A DNA stretch of 17,550 nt from Candidatus Thorarchaeota archaeon (GTDB taxonomy: Archaea; Asgardarchaeota; Thorarchaeia; Thorarchaeales; Thorarchaeaceae). The position numbers were made by a program, and so were the translations under genes. The stretch is taken from contig JBHLRZ010000048.1 of NCBI GenBank assembly GCA_048882045.1, positions 1-17,550 on the forward strand, written 5' to 3'. Shown piece by piece: positions 1 to 7,084 of the stretch. Below the pieces are notes generated by a model, which was given only the letters and a program-made list of their open reading frames with translations, was not told the origin of the DNA and ran no database searches. Numbering within the stretch: position 1 is the stretch's first letter; the number at the start of each line of letters is the position of its first letter.

Positions 1-354
1 GATAAATCTCCGCGAGGAACAGACCAGAATCGTGCGCTCCTTGATTTAGCACGAATTGAGAATTCTATGGCAACCCACTCAAAAGATGATATGAAAGTTG
101 CAGCTCCTAGAAAATGGCTTTCCACCCTAGAAAAGCGCGCATGTGATCATGACCTACCTGGCATCAGAATGTATGCAGGCTTGCTCAAATCTGAGCTCTA
201 TCAAAACAATGGACAACTCAAAGATGCATTGGTCACACTTCAAGATGCGTTAACTATCACTGATTCTCTGGGTGTTCAAACCCTTAGAAGAAAGATAACT
301 AAGCAAATACAGAATCTTGAACAACTTCTCCAACAGGAGGGCACGATTTCTTGA
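1..354 (+). CDS. TPR-like helical repeat protein, array copy 1 (5'-truncated, C-terminal fragment)
   Basis: Frame 1 is open from base 1 (DKSPRGTDQNRALLDLARIENSMATHS...). It aligns with the C-termini of copies 2-5 (NRxLLDL, KWLSTLEK, DLPGIRMYA, ITDSLGVQTL). The ATG at 67 is internal. Confidence 0.9.
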   Translation, partial: DKSPRGTDQNRALLDLARIENSMATHSKDDMKVAAPRKWLSTLEKRACDHDLPGIRMYAGLLKSELYQNNGQLKDALVTLQDALTITDSLGVQTLRRKITKQIQNLEQLLQQEGTIS

Positions 355-1856
355 GACCAATGGGGACCATAACAAAGTACTACCCGTTCATCGATGAGGA
401 AAGTAAGTCTATACTCGACTCAATCATGGAAGATTCGAGTAGCTACAATGAATTTGTACAGCAACTATGTAGTATAGTTCTCGAGAATGAAGTCCCTGTC
501 AATCTAGCATATGTCGCTGCAGTTCAGGCTTGGTGGTGTAGATTTGGAGAGACCATGAATCAGATCCAAGAGAAATACAATGAAGTATTATGGATCAAAC
601 CTTGGGGCTATTATCACGGGTCCTTGGAGAGAGACCAAATACAGCAACATGACGCACTCGTTGGCTCGATAGAAAGAGCACTCGACTGGTCTCATGATGA
701 GTGGATAGAAACAGAGCTTCACTTGCTTCACGCGTTCTTTCATCATCCCTTTGGTGATGTCGAAAGCGTGCTGGAGCCACTTGAGAAAGCAAAGGTTTTG
801 ATTGATACACATCCTCAATTGAGGTGCTTTGAATCTCTCATCTATGCATTCGAAGGCTTGACAAAAGCGAGAGAAGGGGACATGAAGGGATGTCTTAGCG
901 ACCTTCGAAAGGGTAGGGTACTTGCTGAAGCGCATGATGATTCGCTATACAAGTACATGAACATGCTCCAAGAGGGAAACATCCTGCGAGTTTTTGATGT
1001 TCAGAATGCAACGCTGGTTTTTGAAGATCTCTATGACCTAGTTCAGGACTTGGATGTACCGTATTTTCTAGGTGAAGTTTTGAACGACTATTCAATCTTG
1101 TTTGAAGCAACAGGTGAGTTTGATTTGGCTATTTCAAGCCAATATGAAATCATGAATATGCAGCTGCAACAACCTCTAAGTGACACTCTTTACATACTAC
1201 TTGCTCGGAGTTACGCAACACTGGGTGATGGTCCACACGCTCTTGAATGGATTAACAGAGGACTCGAAACTTGCGGTCCTCTTGACACTCCAACAATGTA
1301 CAATACAAAAGCTTGGGCATTAGCATTACTAAATCAATTAGATAAAGCCGAAAAAACTCTAGAAATTGCATATTCATTGACAATAAAATCTGGCCTGGAA
1401 ATTCATTTGGGAAACTACTATCATATTTCTGGAGTTGTCGAGTTAAAGAAGGGGAATCTTCTAGATGCCTTGGACCTTTTTAAAAAAGCATGGGAATTTG
1501 CTGAACGCCGTCCTAGAGTTGATAGAGATAATCGTTTGCTCCTTGATTTAGCACGAGTCGAGATTTTGATTGACAATCAATCAATCGATAAAACGAAAGT
1601 TGTCGTTCCGGGAAAGTGGCTCTCCAAGCTTGAAACACACGCAATGGAAGGTGACTTGCCTGGTATCAGAATGTACGCCGCACTCCTCAAGTCAGAATTC
1701 TACCAGAACCATGGCCAACTCCAAGACGCACATGCAGTACTGGTTGATGCTTTGGGCATCACTGACTCCCTGGGAGTCGTGACTTTGAAGAAAAGAATTA
1801 CAAGCCAAATTCAAGAGATACAACAACTTCAACGAGATAAGGAGTTGGCGTCATGA
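351..1856 (+). CDS. TPR-like helical repeat protein, array copy 2 (501 aa)
   Basis: The TTG start overlaps the previous stop (TTGA), with CAGGAGG upstream; an alternative ATG lies at 360. N-terminus MRPMGTITKYYPFIDEE. TPR-like helix pairs: GEFDLAISS, LARSYATLGDGPHALEWINRG, KAWALALLNQLDKAEKTLEIA, KGNLLDALDLFKKAW. No signal peptide or TM segment seen. Confidence 0.88.
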   Translation: MRPMGTITKYYPFIDEESKSILDSIMEDSSSYNEFVQQLCSIVLENEVPVNLAYVAAVQAWWCRFGETMNQIQEKYNEVLWIKPWGYYHGSLERDQIQQHDALVGSIERALDWSHDEWIETELHLLHAFFHHPFGDVESVLEPLEKAKVLIDTHPQLRCFESLIYAFEGLTKAREGDMKGCLSDLRKGRVLAEAHDDSLYKYMNMLQEGNILRVFDVQNATLVFEDLYDLVQDLDVPYFLGEVLNDYSILFEATGEFDLAISSQYEIMNMQLQQPLSDTLYILLARSYATLGDGPHALEWINRGLETCGPLDTPTMYNTKAWALALLNQLDKAEKTLEIAYSLTIKSGLEIHLGNYYHISGVVELKKGNLLDALDLFKKAWEFAERRPRVDRDNRLLLDLARVEILIDNQSIDKTKVVVPGKWLSKLETHAMEGDLPGIRMYAALLKSEFYQNHGQLQDAHAVLVDALGITDSLGVVTLKKRITSQIQEIQQLQRDKELAS

Positions 1857-3361
1857 AGGCGATGGGGACAATCACAAAGTACTATCCGTTTATAGATGAG
1901 GAATCAAAGTCGATACTGAGCTCTCTAATGGAAGAGTCGAGTAGCTACTATGATTTTGTTCTTCGATTATGTGAAGTAGTTCTTGAAGATGAAATCCCAG
2001 TCAATCTTGCATACATCGCAGCAGGTCAGGCATGGTGGTGTGGGATGAACGCAACTATGAAGTTAGTTGAAAAGAAGTACGGAGATGTACCTTGTATAAA
2101 GCCATGGATGCATATTGTTAAAACTGGTGAAAGAGACCAAATGCTCTACCACGACACCGTGGTTAAAGCTATAGAGAATGCAATAAAATGTTCAATAGAT
2201 GATTGGATAGAAACCGAGCTTCACATTCTTCATGCGTTATTTCATTATCCTATGGGCGAGGTCATAAGTCAATTTGAACCCCTTGAGAAGGCAAAAGGTT
2301 TGATTGATGCGAATCCACTGCTGGGTTGTTTTGAATCTATGATATATGCATTCGAAGGGATAGCAGCAATGAGAGAGGGGGACATGAAGCATGCTCTCGA
2401 TGTCCTCCAAAGAGGGAAAGATCTTGCTGAATTACATGATGATGCATTATACATGTACTGGAACAAGCTTCAAGAGGCAGCTGTCTTAACCTGGGGCAAT
2501 ATTTATGAAGAAGCAGCAGCCGTCTTCGAAGACCTCTATGAGCTAGCTCAAAATCTTCAAGTACCAATTCTTGTATGCGAAGTTCTGAACGATTCATCAC
2601 TTGTATATGAAGCAAAAGGTGAGTTTGATCTAACGATTTCAAGTCATCACGAAATAATGAATATTCTGGATGATGAACGTCTGTTTGATACGACTTACAT
2701 AATACTCTCAAGAACTTATGCCACACTAGGTGATGGCCACCAGGCTTTAGAATGGATTAACAGGGGTATCGAAGATAATGCGCCATTTGAAAGCCCATTC
2801 ATGTATAATTGGAAAGCTTGGGCATTAGCATTAGTTAACAGATTGGATGATGCTGAACGAACTTTGGAAACTGCTTACTTACTGATAGTTAAATCTGGTC
2901 TGGAACGTCATTTAGGAGACTACTATTATGTTTCAGGAGTAATTGAATTGAGAAAGGGTGAACTCCTGAATGCGTTGGATTTACTAGAAAAAGCATGGGA
3001 TGTTGCAAATCAGTATCCTCGAGGAAACAACCAAAATCGACCTCTTCTCGATTTGGTACGAGCTGAGAATTTGATTGCCAGTCAATCAAGAGATAATACC
3101 AAGGTTGCGGCTCCAGGCAAGTGGCTTTCCACTCTTGAAAAGTATGCGTTTGATCGTCACTTGCCTGGTATTCGAATGTATGCGGCTCTACTCAAATCGG
3201 AATTCTATGAAAGTCAAGGACAAATCAAAAATGCGCTTGCGACACTTCAGGACGCATTAGACATCACAGACTCTTTAGGTGTTCAAACTCTTAAGCGAAA
3301 AATCACTACTAGAATAAAACGAATTAATCAACTAAATCAAGATGCGGGAATGGATTCATGA
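1853..3361 (+). CDS. TPR-like helical repeat protein, array copy 3 (502 aa)
   Basis: ATGA overlap with AAGGAG upstream. MKAMGTITKYYPFIDEE N-terminus; collinear with copy 2 along its whole length. Confidence 0.9.
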   Translation: MKAMGTITKYYPFIDEESKSILSSLMEESSSYYDFVLRLCEVVLEDEIPVNLAYIAAGQAWWCGMNATMKLVEKKYGDVPCIKPWMHIVKTGERDQMLYHDTVVKAIENAIKCSIDDWIETELHILHALFHYPMGEVISQFEPLEKAKGLIDANPLLGCFESMIYAFEGIAAMREGDMKHALDVLQRGKDLAELHDDALYMYWNKLQEAAVLTWGNIYEEAAAVFEDLYELAQNLQVPILVCEVLNDSSLVYEAKGEFDLTISSHHEIMNILDDERLFDTTYIILSRTYATLGDGHQALEWINRGIEDNAPFESPFMYNWKAWALALVNRLDDAERTLETAYLLIVKSGLERHLGDYYYVSGVIELRKGELLNALDLLEKAWDVANQYPRGNNQNRPLLDLVRAENLIASQSRDNTKVAAPGKWLSTLEKYAFDRHLPGIRMYAALLKSEFYESQGQIKNALATLQDALDITDSLGVQTLKRKITTRIKRINQLNQDAGMDS

Positions 3362-4842
3362 AGCTGATGGGGACCATCACAAAGTACTATCCCTTCATCG
3401 GTGAAGAAACACAGCGGATTCTAGACACAGTAATGGCCAAATCAAGTAGTTATTTTGATCTTGTACGACAGTTATCAACTACGGTGCTTGAAGATGAGGT
3501 TCCGAATGACTTGGTATATATCACTACAACACTGACTTGGCTAATTAGAGAACAGAAACTAATCAACGAAATTACGAAAAAGTATGGGGATCTAGCCTGC
3601 ATCAGACCATGGAAAACATCATCCAACTCTCTTCTGTTTACTCAAAGAAACGAGTATCAGAAGATAAAGGAGGCTTTGGATGAACTGCATAATTCCTCTA
3701 TCTCTGATTGGATGATTGTTGAACAAATTCTCAATCATATAGTCACTTTACAAATGCCCCTCGAATCAATACGCTATCTTTCATTAGCTGAAGGGATGAT
3801 AAGTCAAGAGTCCAACTTGAAGTGTTTCGACCCTCTGGTCCAACTTGGCTACGGACATTTTTCATGGTTCTCTGGAAACTCATCTAATGCGGCTACTCAC
3901 ATTCAACGAGGTCTGGAACTCGCCAGAGATTATGATGATGCTGTGTATGAATACTTCGGTCTCTTACTCTCAGCAAACTTCAAGAAGCAGCAAAACTATC
4001 GGGAAGGCCTTGACATATTTGAACAAGCCTATTCTATTGTACAGAATCTTGATGTTCCCTTCTTTGTTGCTGAAATATTGAATGATTCTTCGACAGCGTA
4101 TGAAATTGGTGGAGAGTATGATCTGGCTATATCAAGCCAGATTCAAGGTATGAATTCATTCGATGGTGATGTTGGTATCGAGATTTGTTATGTAATACTG
4201 TCCCGGCTCTATGCAAATTTAGGTGAGGGTCACCATGCTCTTGAGTGGGCTGATCGAGCATTGAATATGTCTTCCTATGACTATGGACATCTCGTGAAGG
4301 CACGAGCTCTGGTAGTCTTAAACCGCCTCGAGGAAGCTGAGAAGTTCTTGGATATTGCTTATCGTAAAACTCTCGAAACTGGGTATGATATCCCATTGAG
4401 TAGGTATCACCTCACATCGGGTCTGTTTGAAATGGCAAGAGGTGAATTGCTTGCCGCCCGAGGATCTCTGGAACAAGCATATGACATAGCTTCTCAAATA
4501 CAAGGCTTACTAACTCTGAATGAAATATTGATAGCTCTTGCTCAAGTAGAACTGGCTCTACTAAAGGAGTCTGAAAGCACTGATGAAGCAATTTCAGGAA
4601 AGTGGCTGAAAATCCTTGAAACCCATGCACGAACCTACGATCTACCAGGTATTGCAATTCAAGCCTCCATGATAAGATCTGAGAGGTTCCAGATTCAAGG
4701 ACAACTCAAGGATGCACACGAAACTCTTCAACAGGCTCTAAAAATATCCGAGTCACCCGGAGTCAACACTCTTAGGAAGAGAATCTCAATACGAATCAGT
4801 GAGATTAAGCGTCTTATGCATGATGAGGAGTTGGCCTCATGA
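3358..4842 (+). CDS. TPR-like helical repeat protein, array copy 4 (494 aa, most divergent)
   Basis: ATGA overlap. MKLMGTITKYYPFIGEE N-terminus; retains LDVPFFVAEILNDSS, GEYDLAISS, LSRLYANLGEG, GKWL and DLPGI. Confidence 0.9.
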   Translation: MKLMGTITKYYPFIGEETQRILDTVMAKSSSYFDLVRQLSTTVLEDEVPNDLVYITTTLTWLIREQKLINEITKKYGDLACIRPWKTSSNSLLFTQRNEYQKIKEALDELHNSSISDWMIVEQILNHIVTLQMPLESIRYLSLAEGMISQESNLKCFDPLVQLGYGHFSWFSGNSSNAATHIQRGLELARDYDDAVYEYFGLLLSANFKKQQNYREGLDIFEQAYSIVQNLDVPFFVAEILNDSSTAYEIGGEYDLAISSQIQGMNSFDGDVGIEICYVILSRLYANLGEGHHALEWADRALNMSSYDYGHLVKARALVVLNRLEEAEKFLDIAYRKTLETGYDIPLSRYHLTSGLFEMARGELLAARGSLEQAYDIASQIQGLLTLNEILIALAQVELALLKESESTDEAISGKWLKILETHARTYDLPGIAIQASMIRSERFQIQGQLKDAHETLQQALKISESPGVNTLRKRISIRISEIKRLMHDEELAS

Positions 4843-6350
4843 AGCCGATGGGGACAATCACCAAGTACTATCCATTCATCGATGAGGAAACCAGGTCTAT
4901 ACTTGATTCAATCATGGAGGATTCGAGTAGCTACTATGATTTTGTACAGAGTCTATGTCATGTTGTTCTTGAGAGTGATGTTCCAACCAATCTGGCTTAC
5001 ATTGCAGCAGTCCAGGCTTGGTGGTGTAGACTAGAGGATGAAATGGGGCGCATAAATCAGAAATTCAAAGATATTCTTCACATAGTTCCATGGGGAAATA
5101 TTCACGCTTCCCTTGAGAGAGATCAAATCCGATTTCATGATGCTGTAGTCAAAGCCATAGAGCAATTAGTAGAAGAATCCACGGGTGATTGGGTTCTAAC
5201 GGAGCTCCATCTTCTCCATGCCCATTTCCACTGGCCTGCTTTTGGCGACATTCCCAGTCAACTCGAACCAGTTCGGAAGGTAAGGGAACTGATAATTGTG
5301 AATCCCCTTCTGGAATGTTTTGAGGCTCAAGCTTGTTTCTACGAGGGGTGGGCAAAAAGAATCGAGGGTGAAATCGAGGATGCCATTGCTATTTATCAAA
5401 ACGGGATAGAACTTGCTGAAGCTCATGATGAATCCTTACACATGTACCTGAACCTCGGAGGTCAAGCTGATGCTTTAAAGAGCGTCAGTATTAAGAAAGC
5501 AATAGCTCGGTTCGAGGAGTCCTACCAGCTTACTCTAGACCTTGAAGTACCATATCTAGAAGGCGAAGTCTTACATGATTCGGGATTAGTCTTTGAAATC
5601 GCAGGTGAGTACGACCTTGCACTCTCAAGCTACCAAGAATCAGGGAAGGCTTACCAATTCGATGGTTTTCTACACTACCAATATGCGCCAATCTCTAGGA
5701 TCTATGTTACACTTGGTGATGGTGAAAAGGCTCTGAAAATGGTCAATCTTGTTCTTGAAGATTATGAAGTTTCCGGGATTCAGTTTCCATACTTGGCAAA
5801 AGCATCTGCTTTAGCGCTACTCAATAGAATAGATGAAGCCGAAGTCAACCTTGAAGAAGCTCACAAACTAGTAATCAAGAGTGGTTTAGATCGCCAATTG
5901 GGAAGGTACTACTTGACTGCAGGACTTGTCGAATTTGTGAAGGGTGAATATTTGTCTTCCATGGACTGGTACGAGAAGGCTTGGGAAATCTTTGAACGTG
6001 TGGGTCAGGTGTATGGAGAGCAGAATCTTGCACTCATTGGTCTAACAAGAGCAGAGATTCTACTTGACAGTCAAACCTCGGATGTCAAGAAGACCATTAC
6101 GCCAGGAAGGTGGCTCTCCAAGCTTGAGAAATATGCAACTGAAAGGGACCTGCCAGGAGTCAGAATGCAAGCTGCCTCCCTCAAGTCCGAATTCTATCAA
6201 AATCATGACCAACTCATAGATGCCAAAGCAGTCCTTCAGGATGCATTGAATATCACTGACTCGCAAGGTGTTGCATCACTTCGAAAGCGGATTTTAGACA
6301 GGATCGATGCGATTGACAGTCTTCTTCAAGGTCTGGAAACGCAGTCATGA
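4839..6350 (+). CDS. TPR-like helical repeat protein, array copy 5 (503 aa)
   Basis: ATGA overlap with GAGGAG upstream. MKPMGTITKYYPFIDEE N-terminus; same scaffold motifs as the other copies. Confidence 0.9.
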   Translation: MKPMGTITKYYPFIDEETRSILDSIMEDSSSYYDFVQSLCHVVLESDVPTNLAYIAAVQAWWCRLEDEMGRINQKFKDILHIVPWGNIHASLERDQIRFHDAVVKAIEQLVEESTGDWVLTELHLLHAHFHWPAFGDIPSQLEPVRKVRELIIVNPLLECFEAQACFYEGWAKRIEGEIEDAIAIYQNGIELAEAHDESLHMYLNLGGQADALKSVSIKKAIARFEESYQLTLDLEVPYLEGEVLHDSGLVFEIAGEYDLALSSYQESGKAYQFDGFLHYQYAPISRIYVTLGDGEKALKMVNLVLEDYEVSGIQFPYLAKASALALLNRIDEAEVNLEEAHKLVIKSGLDRQLGRYYLTAGLVEFVKGEYLSSMDWYEKAWEIFERVGQVYGEQNLALIGLTRAEILLDSQTSDVKKTITPGRWLSKLEKYATERDLPGVRMQAASLKSEFYQNHDQLIDAKAVLQDALNITDSQGVASLRKRILDRIDAIDSLLQGLETQS

Positions 6351-6368
6351 ATACATGGCCAAAATAGG

Positions 6369-6378
6369 TTTATTATAA
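6369..6378 (+). promoter_or_regulatory. Putative archaeal TATA box for the 6399 gene (probably a leaderless or short-leader transcript)
   Basis: TTTATTATAA preceded by purine-rich AAAATAGG (BRE-like), 20-30 nt upstream of GTG 6399 / ATG 6408. No SD motif seen. Confidence 0.5.
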
Positions 6379-6398
6379 CTTAACAGCAGCTATTCTTT

Positions 6399-7055
6399 GT
6401 GAAGAAGATGCACTTGCGACATACGAACCTATCAATCGTGGCGGTCCTCACGATACTCCTGCTGACGGGATTCATGCAGACACCTGTTTCAGCACATTTA
6501 CCCGAAGACATGACACTTGTCTACGATTTCGGCTCGCAGATGCTTTCAGTGAATGTTTCGCACTATACTCCGAACACGAAGACCCACTATATCGAGCAGA
6601 TTGAAATATTGAAAAATGGTATCTCAGTTCAGAACAGGACCTACGAAAACCAGTCACTCGACTATGGCGTCTATGAAACATTTAGCGTTCCAACCGTTGT
6701 TGATGACAACCTCACTGTTACAGCCTTCTGCTCCAAGGATTACTCCCTGACGAGTTGGTTGATTGTCACTTCCACTACTGCAACCAATCCTCCATCAACT
6801 GAAACAACCACTAGTACAGAACCTACCGATGGTACACCACCACCAGCAGATGGATCATTGGGAGCTGGTGTTGCAATTGCTGCAGGTGTCGGAGTTGTGC
6901 TCTTCCTCATCATATTCTTCGCGTGGCTCAAACCTGACTCTGTTCCTGATTCGCTCAAACAGCTTGGATCTCGGATAAGACCAGGCGCTGCTTGGATTGG
7001 TGAGAAGTTGAGCAGTCTTTTCCAGCAGATCAAGACGAGAATACCATCTCGTTGA
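6399..7055 (+). CDS. Secreted, C-terminally membrane-anchored protein with a His/Cys beta-sandwich (superoxide-reductase/desulfoferrodoxin-like) domain
   Basis: Signal peptide (basic N-region, hydrophobic core, VSA|H). ~90-aa beta-rich domain with HLP, SHYT, THYIEQIE and AFCSKD, then a Thr/Pro/Ser-rich linker, a TM helix (GVAIAAGVGVVLFLIIFFAWL) and an amphipathic tail. The CDS is solid; the domain call is tentative. Confidence 0.7.
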   Translation: MKKMHLRHTNLSIVAVLTILLLTGFMQTPVSAHLPEDMTLVYDFGSQMLSVNVSHYTPNTKTHYIEQIEILKNGISVQNRTYENQSLDYGVYETFSVPTVVDDNLTVTAFCSKDYSLTSWLIVTSTTATNPPSTETTTSTEPTDGTPPPADGSLGAGVAIAAGVGVVLFLIIFFAWLKPDSVPDSLKQLGSRIRPGAAWIGEKLSSLFQQIKTRIPSR

Positions 7056-7084
7056 TATCATAATCCGACGAAGAAGATTGGCTA

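Larger units (their letters stand above)
1..6350 (+). repeat. Tandem gene array with ~1.5-kb period (unit starts at 351, 1853, 3358, 4839)
   Basis: The DNA motif ATGGGGACMATMACMAAGTACTAYCC recurs just after each start, and the encoded proteins are collinear. Confidence 0.92.

Noticed and set aside
67-354. 95-aa ORF as a complete small gene
   Set aside because: The frame is open from base 1 and homologous to paralog C-termini; it is the tail of a truncated ~500-aa gene.
588-6266. Short antisense and alternate-frame ORFs within the array
   Set aside because: They are not conserved between paralogs and are fully nested in well-supported genes.
1-6350. Diversity-generating retroelement acting on the array
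   Set aside because: No reverse transcriptase in the window, and no near-identical TR/VR pair with adenine-specific mismatches was seen; the divergence involves all bases and indels.
351-6350. STAND/NLR ATPase or HTH-containing RRNPP regulator call
   Set aside because: No Walker A/B or recognisable HTH motif; only the TPR-like architecture is supported.
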